Virus record (IMG/VR): IMGVR_UViG_3300028591_000072
Location: 128,001-192,000 of that record
Reading direction: 5' to 3' (one strand)
Length of the DNA: 64,000 nucleotides
DNA from: a virus
Lineage: Duplodnaviria; Caudoviricetes
In this document: positions 17,023-27,428 of the stretch, piece after piece
Position numbering within the stretch: position 1 is the stretch's first letter
How the letters are laid out: the number at the start of each line of letters is the position of its first letter
The notes under the pieces: model-generated
What the model saw: only the letters and a program-made list of their open reading frames with translations
Told to the model about the DNA's origin: nothing
Database searches by the model: none
Translations under genes and position numbers: made by a program

Positions 17023-18183
17023 ATGAGTAGAAATTATAAAAATATTATAAAACTTAAACGAAATATTGTTGGTAAAGAAAGACGTGAAAATTTGGTGAAA
17101 GAAGTTCTCCAAGATAACACTCCGTTGCCAAAACCTTTGGAATATGAAGATATAGACAAGGAATTTGAAAGATGGGTTTCCGAAGATTTGGACATTTCAT
17201 TCGAGGAACAAAAATTACCAACTTATTTAATGCTTTCAAACCAAAGATTTTCAGAATATCTTCAATCATGGCAAAATGTTGATGATAAAAAGAACTTAAT
17301 TCTCAATTTTAAGGCAATAACAAGGGAAAATAATCCAAAATTGGGTAGTATAGTTGGTGATACAAGGAATATTCCTGGCAATATTGATTTTTTGATGAAG
17401 AGAGTTCATGCTGTTGATAAAAGCGGGCATAGATATTTCATTGATTATAGAGTTAAACAGCCAATTTCAATTGATTTTATATATACTGTATCAATTTTCA
17501 CAAACAAATATCAATTATTGAATGAATTCAATATGATGATGAATGAAAAATTTAAGGCAATTGATTGTTACATAAGGCCAAACGGACATTTTATTCCAAT
17601 GAAGTTGACAGATATATCAGACGAGTCTGAATATAACATTGATGACAGGCGTTATTATTCACAATCGTATTTAATAACTGTTATGGCTTATATAATGCCT
17701 AAGGATAGTTTTAGGGTTGTCGAACAGCCAATGCTTGTTCTTGAATGCTTTGATGGCGAAACAAAACCAAAAACAATTATAGAAAGCATTGAGTGCGATA
17801 ATGAAAATAATCCTTATGAATATGAGCCAATAGATGTAATAACAACAATACCAAGAGATAAAAACGGCCATAGTTTCAGAATGGATTGTGATTCTGAAAT
17901 AACATCAATAATACTGAAAAACACGAGATATTTTAGGCTGCTAATAAATGGAAAAGAGTATTCGTGGGTGGATTCTAATGGAAACAATCAAACATTAGAC
18001 TATTATTTACAGAACATTGAAAGTTCTTGCTATGATGATGTTGATATAATATTGGATATACCAATAAAAATTAGCATGAACGACCTTATAAAAATTGATT
18101 CTGTTTCAAGATATAAGGCTTTTGAAGATTCTGTAATAAAATTCAAAGGGAAAGATTTCACAAGTGTGATTGAAAAAGAATAA
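17023..18183 (+). CDS. Probable tail terminator/sheath stabiliser (T4 gp15-like)
   Basis: P..IDFIYTVSIFT...LNEFN pattern; directly upstream of the sheath. Confidence 0.5.
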   Translation: MSRNYKNIIKLKRNIVGKERRENLVKEVLQDNTPLPKPLEYEDIDKEFERWVSEDLDISFEEQKLPTYLMLSNQRFSEYLQSWQNVDDKKNLILNFKAITRENNPKLGSIVGDTRNIPGNIDFLMKRVHAVDKSGHRYFIDYRVKQPISIDFIYTVSIFTNKYQLLNEFNMMMNEKFKAIDCYIRPNGHFIPMKLTDISDESEYNIDDRRYYSQSYLITVMAYIMPKDSFRVVEQPMLVLECFDGETKPKTIIESIECDNENNPYEYEPIDVITTIPRDKNGHSFRMDCDSEITSIILKNTRYFRLLINGKEYSWVDSNGNNQTLDYYLQNIESSCYDDVDIILDIPIKISMNDLIKIDSVSRYKAFEDSVIKFKGKDFTSVIEKE

Positions 18184-18281
18184 TATTGAATATAAAGATT
18201 ATTTTTAATAAATGTAATTTGTTTTTTGGTTTTTTAGTGCTATTTATAAAGAAAATAATAAAGTAAAAAAAATAAAACAAT

Positions 18282-21050
18282 ATGATAAGTGATGCAAGAG
18301 GCAGACATGTTTCACCTGGTGTCTATACTGAAGAAAAAGATGTAACTTATTCAGTTAATAGTCTTGGGATTACAAGTCTTGGACTTGTTGGAGAAACATT
18401 ATATGGTCCTGCTTTTGAAAACATTGAAATAACAGATTGGAATGATTTTGTTGATTACTTTGGAGGAACATCATCTGAAAAATTCAGAAAAACAGGCTTG
18501 CCAAAGTACGAGCTTCCATATATTGCAAAAAGTTACTTGACGAAATCAAAGAGGCTTAACGTTGTAAGGGTTCTTGGATTATCAGGATATGATGCAGGAA
18601 AAGCATGGGTTGTTAAAGTTAAAACTACAAAAGGAGAAGTAAAACCATTGATTGTTTTAAGAAGTAAAATGTCATATAATGTTCCTGGAGATGGTGGTAT
18701 ATGTGCGCCAAATAATGACAACGCTGAGGAATTAGTTACCGGAATAACTATTAGTGATTACAAACCAGCTTTTTATTCTTCAAAATGTCACACAAGTGAA
18801 GCAGTAAAAGTAATTGATTCGTATAAAAAGTTGTGTATTACTGCAAACTTGAAGAATGGGGGAACTGAAATATATAATGTTACATTAGACCCAAGGGATA
18901 GTGATTATATATATAAAGTAATTAGTTCAAGCCCTGAAAATGGTAAAAGTTCAATATATGTTGAGGCTGTTTTTGAAGAAGGTATGAGATATGACAGTAA
19001 TGTTGATACAGAAAAACCTGAAATACAGAAAGAAATAACAGTACTTGATTCAGAAACATATAGTGATTATAAGAGCCAATATAGATGCGCACAAACTCCT
19101 TGGCTTGTATCAGAAGCATATGCTTCACAAGAATCAAACGGAGAAGATGCTGCATGTGGATTAAAGATTACCCTTAGAAGGTTATTTAAATTATTAACGA
19201 TTTCCGATGGTAATGCATCAAATTATCAAGTTAAGGTTTCAATTGAAAGGATAAATCCTTATGATGGTACATTTGATGTTGTTGTTAGAGATTTCAACGA
19301 TAATGATACTTATCCTATTATACTTGAAAAATTCTCAAGATGTACAATGACAAAGGGAGATTCTTCGTATATTGGATATAAGATTGGTACAAGTGATGGA
19401 TTGTTTGCAACAAAGTCAAAGTATATCACAGTTATGTTTGCTGATGATAATGAAGACTATAGTGGAAGCGTTCCTTGTGGATTTTTAGGGTATCCTTGCC
19501 CTGATTATGATATTTCAGTTCCTGATATAACATATAATACTGTTTTTGACCCAAAAATAAAAGCAAAGAAACAATATTTTGGCCTTTCAAGCGTTGATAC
19601 TGATTTCTTGTCTTTCAAAGGAACCAAGTTGTATAATGATGAACTTGGAGGAAAAGCAAAGTCAGAACAATGTGCCGATGATGACAGTTGCTGCTATGTA
19701 CTTGATGCTAAATATACAAAAGGATTCCATATGGATTCAATATTTGAAAAAATAGAATCTGATGAAGAATCAGGAAGCAATGACATAGTTTTAGTTGATG
19801 GAGAAGAATATAATGATGGATTTATATGTGTTTCTGGAAAGAAGGTTACAGCATATGACTATGCTCCTAGAATTACAGCAGAAAGAGCACCTGATAAAGA
19901 AGAATATGCACCAAGGGTTATGAATGCTGGCTATATGAATGACACAATTTATAAAGACCCTGCTGTTCGTAAGTTTACTGTTTGTTTCTATGGAGGTTTT
20001 GATGGATGGGATGTTCATAGAGGATATAGAACTACATTAAATGAATTTAATGCAAATGTATACGGACAAAGCAATATATATGGCCCGGTTTGTAATTGGG
20101 ATTATTATAAGATTCCTCAAAATATGAACAACACAAGCGACTATTATGCATTCTTGGCTGGATATCAAGTGTTTTCAAATCCTCAAGATGTAGAAATAAA
20201 CTTGTTTGCTACTCCTGGAATTGATTGGATGAACAGTTCGCTTTTAACGCAGGACGCAATTCATATGATAGAAGACCCTGAAGACGGTAGGGGCGGAGAT
20301 GCTTTATATATAATGAACGCACCATATTGTGACTACAGACCTGTTGTTACTACAGCAGAAGGATACGGTATATCACCAATTTTTGATGTTGAAGAACTTT
20401 CTTCGTTGTTTGATGAAACTGAAATCAATTCTTCATATGCTTGTACATATTTCCCATGGATTTTGTATAAAGACACCGTTAGAAATGAATATTTGTATTT
20501 GCCTCCGACAAAAGATGTTGTTAGAAACATTGCTGACACAGACAACACATTATTCCCATGGTATACGCCAGCCGGTATTTCTCGTGGAACCGTTGTATGT
20601 GAAAAAGCCGCAATAAAGACAACTTTAGTTGATGAGGATGTATTATATAATAATAGAATTAATCCAATCAAGACATTCGGAAAAGATGGTGTTAAAGTTT
20701 GGGGTAATAAGACTGCTTATGAAATTGATAGCCCTCTTAACAGAATCAATGTAAGAAGACTTATGATTAGAGTTAAGAAACTTGTCACTTCAGCGTCAAA
20801 ACACTTGATATTTGAACAATATGACGATGCTCTTGAAAAACAATTTAGAGGTTTGATTGAACCAATTCTTGCAGAAGTAAAATCAAATAGAGGTATATTT
20901 GATTATAGGGTCGTTACTGAAGTAACTCCTGAAACAAGAGACCAACACATTCTTCCATGTAAGATTATGATTAAGCCAACACCTGCTTTGGAATACGTAT
21001 CAATATCATTTGTTGTATATCCGGAGTCGGTTCAATTTGAAAATGACTGA
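18282..21050 (+). CDS. Contractile tail sheath protein
   Basis: SPGVYTEEKD N-terminus; PWYTPAGISRG, INPI, VKVWGNKT, LNRINVRRL, IKPTPALEYVSISF. Confidence 0.95.
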   Translation: MISDARGRHVSPGVYTEEKDVTYSVNSLGITSLGLVGETLYGPAFENIEITDWNDFVDYFGGTSSEKFRKTGLPKYELPYIAKSYLTKSKRLNVVRVLGLSGYDAGKAWVVKVKTTKGEVKPLIVLRSKMSYNVPGDGGICAPNNDNAEELVTGITISDYKPAFYSSKCHTSEAVKVIDSYKKLCITANLKNGGTEIYNVTLDPRDSDYIYKVISSSPENGKSSIYVEAVFEEGMRYDSNVDTEKPEIQKEITVLDSETYSDYKSQYRCAQTPWLVSEAYASQESNGEDAACGLKITLRRLFKLLTISDGNASNYQVKVSIERINPYDGTFDVVVRDFNDNDTYPIILEKFSRCTMTKGDSSYIGYKIGTSDGLFATKSKYITVMFADDNEDYSGSVPCGFLGYPCPDYDISVPDITYNTVFDPKIKAKKQYFGLSSVDTDFLSFKGTKLYNDELGGKAKSEQCADDDSCCYVLDAKYTKGFHMDSIFEKIESDEESGSNDIVLVDGEEYNDGFICVSGKKVTAYDYAPRITAERAPDKEEYAPRVMNAGYMNDTIYKDPAVRKFTVCFYGGFDGWDVHRGYRTTLNEFNANVYGQSNIYGPVCNWDYYKIPQNMNNTSDYYAFLAGYQVFSNPQDVEINLFATPGIDWMNSSLLTQDAIHMIEDPEDGRGGDALYIMNAPYCDYRPVVTTAEGYGISPIFDVEELSSLFDETEINSSYACTYFPWILYKDTVRNEYLYLPPTKDVVRNIADTDNTLFPWYTPAGISRGTVVCEKAAIKTTLVDEDVLYNNRINPIKTFGKDGVKVWGNKTAYEIDSPLNRINVRRLMIRVKKLVTSASKHLIFEQYDDALEKQFRGLIEPILAEVKSNRGIFDYRVVTEVTPETRDQHILPCKIMIKPTPALEYVSISFVVYPESVQFEND

Positions 21051-21066
21051 TTAACAGTATTTTAAT

Positions 21067-21094
21067 AAAGCCAATGGATTTCATTGGCTTTTTT
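21067..21094 (+). terminator. Intrinsic terminator after sheath
   Basis: AAAGCCAATG-gattt-CATTGGCTTTTTT. Confidence 0.8.
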
Positions 21095-21161
21095 GTAATT
21101 TTTTTTTCATTAAAAAAAACTTTTTCAGGATTTTCACTATTTATTAAAAAAAAAGTTATAT

Positions 21162-22144
21162 ATGAAAAAAAAATAAATGATTTTATAGAAAAAGCAAACT
21201 TTGTTCATAAAAATAAATATGATTATTCAAAAGTTAAATATAATAATTGTAAAGAAAAAGTATGCATTATATGTTCAGAACATGGTGAATTTTGGCAAAC
21301 GCCAGATGGACATATACAAGGAAGAGGGTGCCCTGTTTGTCGTTATATAAATTCATCAAAAAATAATGCATTAACAAAAGAAAGTTTTATAAAAAAAGCA
21401 AAAAAAATTCATGGTGATAAGTATGACTATTCAAAAGTTGAATATGTTAATAATAGAACGAAAGTTTGTATAATTTGTCACGAAAAAGATGAATTTGGTA
21501 ATGAACATGGTGAATTTTGGCAAGACCCAACAGGACATATTGATAAGAAAGCAGGATGCCCAAGATGTTCAAAAAATCACAAATATACAACTGAAGAATT
21601 TTTAAATAAATTACCACTATGGTTGAAAGAAAAATATGATTTTTCAAAATTTTCATATGTTAGAACACATGACAAATCAATATTAATATGTCGTGAGCAT
21701 GGCGAATTTTTAATATCACCACACAATATAATTAAAGGGGTTGGATGTCCTGGATGTAGTGAAAGTAAACTTGAAAGGCAAATTAGACTTTTTTTAAAAG
21801 AAAAAAATATTGTGTTTATATCGGAATATAAACATAATAAAAATTTTGGAAAACAGGCGATAGATTTTTATTTACCTGATTATAATATTGCAATAGAGTG
21901 TCAAGGAATACAGCATTTTATGCCAACTGATTTTGCCGGAAAAGGAAATGAATGGGCTGAAAATGAATATGAACATATTATAGAACTTGATTTGAATAAA
22001 CAAATATTATGTAAAGAAAATAATATTAGTCTTTTGTATTTTACAACAAATGAAAATAAACAATTAGTGACTGAATCAAGAAATATGCATTTTAATGGTT
22101 ATTATATTTTTACTGATGTTGAAGAATTAAATAACTATTTATGA
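21162..22144 (+). mobile_element. Homing-type endonuclease (3 Zn repeats + PD-(D/E)xK); probable start ATG 21162 is out of frame across an A9 tract
   Basis: HGEF repeats; IDFYLPDYNIAIECQGIQH. The ORF-track ATG (21074) lies in the terminator, upstream of the promoter motif at 21137. Confidence 0.7.
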
Positions 22145-22157
22145 AAAAATAAATGTT

Positions 22158-22490
22158 ATGAAAAGAATTTTTACTTTTTTGCTAATGGTGTTTTTATTGT
22201 TTTCGTGCAAAACACATCAGAATGTTGGTGAAATAACATTTGGAGCACCAATAATGATTAATCTATATGAAATGACAATAACGCAACACCAACTTGATTC
22301 CATATGCGAAGTGGATATGATTCCGACATATGACAAGTGGATAAAAACAAGTTTCATTGACTATGAAACAGATTCTGTTTTCACGAAAAGACTTTATTTG
22401 AAATCATATTCAGATGAAAATGAAGTGATATATATTCTTCTTGGTGAAAGAGAGCCATATAAAATAACAAAAAGAATTGCTGAACAATGA
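22158..22490 (+). CDS. Lipoprotein
   Basis: MKR + hydrophobic stretch + lipobox LFSC. Confidence 0.75.
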   Translation: MKRIFTFLLMVFLLFSCKTHQNVGEITFGAPIMINLYEMTITQHQLDSICEVDMIPTYDKWIKTSFIDYETDSVFTKRLYLKSYSDENEVIYILLGEREPYKITKRIAEQ

Positions 22491-23116
22491 AAAACATAGA
22501 TAATTTGGGGTTTGTTCCTTCAATAATAAACGGCACTGAAATTTTGTTTGAGTGCCCGAAAGATGCAGATTTGCCTGAAAAATATTCTTATGTGAATGTA
22601 TTGCCACAAGTGATAAATCAAGGAAAACTATCAATATGTGTACCTTGCTCAATGTCTGCATACTTGAATTGGAAAGCAAATTTGAATACATTAACAAATA
22701 ACGATAATGCGATTGTTTTGTTTGATATTTACAATAGCCGTGAAAACAAGGGAGACGGAATGACATTCAAGGCGGCTTTTAAATATTTAAGGCATAATGG
22801 CGTTGATTCTGCAATTGGAATTTTAAAAATCGGGCATTATGGAAAAATAAACAAAATAGATGATTTGAAATTTGCAATAGTTTCAAATGGGCCTTGTTTT
22901 GGTGCTTTGCCTGTATATGGCAACCATTGCGATTTTTGGAACAAGAAAGTTGGTACTACATTGCACGGATACCACGCAATATCAATTGTTGGATATGATT
23001 CAGAAGGATTTATAATAAGAAATTCTTGGGGAAAGGAATTTTGTGAAAATGGATATACAAAGATAAGTTATGAAAATTTTGAAAAATTACTTGAAATTTG
23101 GACTGTAATTGATTAG
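22487..23116 (+). CDS. Papain-like (C1 family) cysteine peptidase
   Basis: NQGKLSIC (oxyanion Q, catalytic C), GYHAISIVGY (H), IRNSWG (N). Confidence 0.9.
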   Translation: MKNIDNLGFVPSIINGTEILFECPKDADLPEKYSYVNVLPQVINQGKLSICVPCSMSAYLNWKANLNTLTNNDNAIVLFDIYNSRENKGDGMTFKAAFKYLRHNGVDSAIGILKIGHYGKINKIDDLKFAIVSNGPCFGALPVYGNHCDFWNKKVGTTLHGYHAISIVGYDSEGFIIRNSWGKEFCENGYTKISYENFEKLLEIWTVID

Positions 23117-23132
23117 ATTTTTTTAAAAAAAA

Positions 23133-24074
23133 ATGAATGTTTTAGTTACTGGTGCTGAAGGACAACTCGGAAGATGCATTGTTGATATATTTAGAAAGTT
23201 TGATGCTGAAAATAAATATGTATTTATGCCAAGAGACCTGTTTGATTTGACAAATAAAGGACAAATGGCTGAACAATTTGAAAGATTTAAGCCTGATATT
23301 GTTGTAAATTGTGCTGCATATACAAATGTAGAAAAAGCGGAAGAAAATTCAATTGATACAATTGGTGTAAATTATCTTGGGGTTGGAGATTTAGTAAAAC
23401 TATGTGAAACTTATGGTGTATATTTAATTCATATTTCAACTGATTATGTTTTTAATGGAAAATCAAGTAAGCCATACAAAGAAGACTCAAATGTAAATCC
23501 ATTAAATGTTTATGGCGCTTCTAAACTAGGTGGAGACAATTTTGTTGTTGGATACAACAGAGGAATTGTTTTAAGGACTTCATGGCTTTATTCTGAATAT
23601 GGCCACAATTTTTATAGGACAATGATTGAAAGAATACGTGAGCAAAAAGAAACAAATGTAGTTAATGACCAAATAGGAACGCCAACATATGCAAAAGATT
23701 TGGCTTTGTTTATAGTAAGAGATTTAATTGCTTCAAATAAATACAAAGAAGTTAAAGGAATTTATAATTTTTCAAATAACGGAATTGCGTCATGGTATGA
23801 TTTTGCTTCAATGATAGAAACATTCTATCAAAATTTCGGTCCATATGAGCCAATGATAAAAGACCCTGTTGATATTAAATTTGAAGTTAGCCAGTATCAA
23901 AAGAAATACATAATTCCAATCACAACAAAGAAATACAAGACAAAAGCCAAAAGGCCGATGTATTCAGTTCTTGACAAAACGAAAGTTGAAAATGAATTTG
24001 GAATTAAGATTCCACATTGGTCTGAGTCACTTTTGCAATGTATGATTGATGATGGGAAAATTAAAAGAAACTAA
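23133..24074 (+). CDS. rmlD: dTDP-4-dehydrorhamnose reductase
   Basis: VTGAEGQLG, NCAAYTNV, HISTDYVF, YGASK, DQIGTPT, RPMYSVLD. Confidence 0.93.
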   Translation: MNVLVTGAEGQLGRCIVDIFRKFDAENKYVFMPRDLFDLTNKGQMAEQFERFKPDIVVNCAAYTNVEKAEENSIDTIGVNYLGVGDLVKLCETYGVYLIHISTDYVFNGKSSKPYKEDSNVNPLNVYGASKLGGDNFVVGYNRGIVLRTSWLYSEYGHNFYRTMIERIREQKETNVVNDQIGTPTYAKDLALFIVRDLIASNKYKEVKGIYNFSNNGIASWYDFASMIETFYQNFGPYEPMIKDPVDIKFEVSQYQKKYIIPITTKKYKTKAKRPMYSVLDKTKVENEFGIKIPHWSESLLQCMIDDGKIKRN

Positions 24075-24076
24075 TA

Positions 24077-24868
24077 GTGAAAAAGATTTTGTTTTTTTAT
24101 TTTTATACATTTCATAATTTTTTAGAAAACATTGCTATTAAGATGCATTTATGGTATCTTAATAAATATAGCCACATATTTGATAAAGCAATTTTTGTAA
24201 TTTCATTAAAAGAAAATGATGAAGAATTAATTATAGATACAAAAATTAATATTTTAAAAAATCTTCATGTAAATGATGTTGAATTTAAAGTAATTAAAGA
24301 TAATGATTTACATGAATCTGGCGCTTTCAAAACAGAGGTGATTGATAAACTTGATAGCATTGATGGACTTGTTTTTTGTGCACATACAAAAGGCATTAGT
24401 AATTTTGGTAAATATAATGAAGAATCAATAAAATTATGGATTAGTAGCCTTTGGTATTATAATTTAGAACATGTTTATGATGTTGTTAATGAACTTGTTT
24501 ATCATGAAAGAAAAGCATTATATGGGGCGTATCTACTAGACGATAGAATAGATAAAATTGTAAAATTCAACAAAAATAATTGTTGGTATGCAGGTAATTT
24601 TTATTGGATTAATGCCGGAAAATTGAAATATGACATTGATAATATCAACAACAGTATGCTTACACGATGTTATTCTAAATATTTTTTTGAAAAGTTTCCT
24701 GGAGAAGTTTATAATATTGAAAAACTTGGTAGTTTTGAAAATAAGTCAGTAAGAACAAGTAAATTTCATACTTATTTTTGTAAAATTGAAGATGTTGTAA
24801 ATTATTTTGGAGATAATGAAAAGTTTAAAGAACAATTTTATTTTATGAAAAATGAATTATGTATATAA
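24077..24868 (+). CDS. HTKG-motif protein, putative glycosyltransferase-like; paralog of 58068 and 58871
   Basis: HTKGISN, WI...YYNL, YAGNFYWIN, EKFPG. Confidence 0.55.
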   Translation: MKKILFFYFYTFHNFLENIAIKMHLWYLNKYSHIFDKAIFVISLKENDEELIIDTKINILKNLHVNDVEFKVIKDNDLHESGAFKTEVIDKLDSIDGLVFCAHTKGISNFGKYNEESIKLWISSLWYYNLEHVYDVVNELVYHERKALYGAYLLDDRIDKIVKFNKNNCWYAGNFYWINAGKLKYDIDNINNSMLTRCYSKYFFEKFPGEVYNIEKLGSFENKSVRTSKFHTYFCKIEDVVNYFGDNEKFKEQFYFMKNELCI

Positions 24869-24896
24869 TAAAAATAAAAAAAAATAATTAATTATT

Positions 24897-25562
24897 ATGT
24901 TATGCAGAACTGATATTATAAATAATTTAATAGAAAAAAATGGATTTAAAACATATTTGGAAATTGGGCTTGATAATCCATTTAATAATTTTGTGGAAAT
25001 TAATTGTTTAACAAAACATAGTGTTGACCCTTTTATTGTACGTGATAATAGTTTTGATTTTATTGATTGTGGAAAAAGTAAAGATGACTTAGAAGAAGAA
25101 ATAAAAAGGGCACTTCCATATCTTACATTTAGGACAACATCTGATGATTTTTTTGAAAAAACAAGTTTAAAGTATGATATAATTTTTATTGATGGATTAC
25201 ACACAGAAAGGCAATGCGGTAAGGATATTATAAATGGGCTGAAACATCTTAATGAAGGTGGTTATATAATTGTTCATGATTGTCTTCCTTCACAAGAAGT
25301 TTCACAAATCATACCAAGAAAAGTCATTGAATGGAACGGTGATGTTTGGAAATGCATTCCTGAATTGAATAAACAATTTATAGGCTATGATGTAGTTGAT
25401 TGTGATTTTGGATGCGGTGTCATAAAGTATACTCCTGATTGGAAATATTTACATTATCTTGACAAATCAATATATGAATGGAATGATTTTGAAAAAAACA
25501 GGGATAAATTGATGCATGTAATAAGCGAACAAGAATTTTTGGAAAAATATATTTATAATTAA
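24897..25562 (+). CDS. Class I SAM-dependent methyltransferase (Methyltransf_24-like)
   Basis: YLEIG, TSDDFF, YDIIFIDGLH, GGYIIVHD. Confidence 0.85.
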   Translation: MLCRTDIINNLIEKNGFKTYLEIGLDNPFNNFVEINCLTKHSVDPFIVRDNSFDFIDCGKSKDDLEEEIKRALPYLTFRTTSDDFFEKTSLKYDIIFIDGLHTERQCGKDIINGLKHLNEGGYIIVHDCLPSQEVSQIIPRKVIEWNGDVWKCIPELNKQFIGYDVVDCDFGCGVIKYTPDWKYLHYLDKSIYEWNDFEKNRDKLMHVISEQEFLEKYIYN

Positions 25563-25569
25563 AAGTAAA

Positions 25570-25600
25570 AAAAAGGCTGAAATTAACATTCAGCCTTTTT
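25570..25600. terminator. Bidirectional terminator
   Basis: AAAAAGGCTGAA-attaaca-TTCAGCCTTTTT. Confidence 0.75.
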
Positions 25601-27247
25601 CCATATATATCTGATTAAGCCACAGTCGTATATCTTTTCATACCCAAGTTGTTTCGTCATTTCTGATTCTGTCATTGATAACGGTAATCCATATTTATGG
25701 TTTAGCGTTTTTTTTCTAAAGCCAAACTTATGCTGCCTTTTGATTCCATCGGAAGGGTTGAAGTATTTGTAATCCGGCGCTGTATATCCGTCAAATACAA
25801 ATCCAAGCTTTGTATAGACATTTGATTCTTCGTTTATTGTCCATCTTCTGTCTGCAAAGGATTTAATAACGTCAGGACCGTATTCCCTTACGAAATATTT
25901 GAACAGTTTACCACCAACACCTTGGCAAATGTAATTGTAATCACTTGCAAATCTAACCAATTCCCATCTATTGCTTTCTTTTGTTTCTTTTTTGAACGAC
26001 ATTACGGCTATTAGCGAATTGTTAAAAAATGCACCAATGTTAATTGTAGAAGGACCATATCCTTGTATGTGGTATTTGTTAAGGAAACTTTTAGCCAAGC
26101 CATTGTCAATTTCCTTTATTTCACATTTTCTTCCCATTATTTTTGGAAGGTTTTCGCTAACACCAACCAAATGCTTTATCTTGTTTAGTACAATATCCTT
26201 GCTGTTTACGTATTCATCTTCGAAAATCTGGATTAGTTTTACCCCCTTTTCTTTACAAGCATTTAGTTTTTTTAAATGGTTGTTTTTTTCTATGTTTGAA
26301 TGCCAAAAAAGTCCATTATATTCAATCCCAATTTTTAATGACGGAACATAAATATCTATTTCTTTTGGAAGAATTAGTTTTCTTTCGCTTTGTATTACAT
26401 TTTCTTTTCCAATTAATGATGTAACATAATCAAAAATTTCAGATTCTGCTTTTGATATATGATGAACACACTTTGGGCATCCGTTTCCGTCAAGATGCCT
26501 CCATGGAGCTTGCCAAAATTCGCCGTGTTTTGGGCATATTATGCAAACTTTGTTTTTTCCCGTAACATATTCAGTTTTTGAATAATCATATTTGTTATTA
26601 TGTATTTTGTTTGATTTTTCAATGAAATCTTCGGTTGTTAATCTTTTTGACAAACCAAGTTCTTCATGGGAACATTTTTTACAAGATGAACCTTTAAGAT
26701 GCAAATATGGCAATTGATAAAATTCTCCATGTTTAGGGCAAATTATACAAACTTTTGTAAGCATATCAACGTATTCTGTTTTTGAATAGTCATATTTACA
26801 ATTATGCACTTTATTTGCCTCTTGTACAAAAGTTTCCGTTGTGTATTTTTTATTCTTATGGATTGATTTTGAACATATAGGACAACCTTTTCCTTTTAAA
26901 TGGTTATGTGGGTCTTGAAAAAATTCGCCGTGTTCTGGGCATATTATACAAACTTTTGTGTGGCTATTAACATATTCAACTTTTGAGTAGTCATATCTAT
27001 TTCCATGTATTTGTTTTGCTTTTTTAATGAACGAGCTATTAGAACTCTTCATTGTTTTTGAACAGAATGGGCATCCTTGTCCAATTAAATGTTTATCTGG
27101 CCTTTGAGAAAATTTTCCATGTTTTTTACAAATTATTGTTATGTTAGTTTTATTGTTTGTATAAGATACTTTTGAATAGTCATATCTATCTCCATGTATT
27201 TGTTTTGCTTTTTCTATAAAAGTTTTTGTTGTATTTTTTTTACTCAT
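25583..27247 (-). mobile_element. Homing-type endonuclease (4 Zn repeats + PD-(D/E)xK + Hef/GNAT-like domain); paralog of 6528-8000
   Basis: EIDIYVPSLKIGIEYNGLFWH; WELVRFA...GGKLF...SFADRRW. Confidence 0.8.
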
Positions 27248-27370
27248 TAATTTTTTTGTTTATTATATATTATATAAATAAATATTCAAAAAGTCAAAAA
27301 ATAGGACCATAATGTGTCTTTTATTTTTTAAAAAAATAAGCCATAAAAGGTCTGTTAATATGAACAAAAT

Positions 27371-27399
27371 AAAAAAAAAGCAGCAAAAGATGCTGCTTT
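27371..27399 (-). terminator. Intrinsic terminator after tail tube
   Basis: AAAGCAGCA/TGCTGCTTT hairpin with a T-tract on the minus strand. Confidence 0.75.
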
Positions 27400-27428
27400 A
27401 AAATAATTTGTAATTTGTTGATTATTAA

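Noticed and set aside
21074-21161. ORF-track N-terminal extension MDFIGFFVIFFSLKK as a signal peptide
   Set aside because: It is a translation of the terminator and T-tract upstream of the promoter motif.
27300-27356. Structured ncRNA upstream of the nuclease gene
   Set aside because: The pairing is mostly A/T homopolymer complementarity, which is expected by chance at this base composition.
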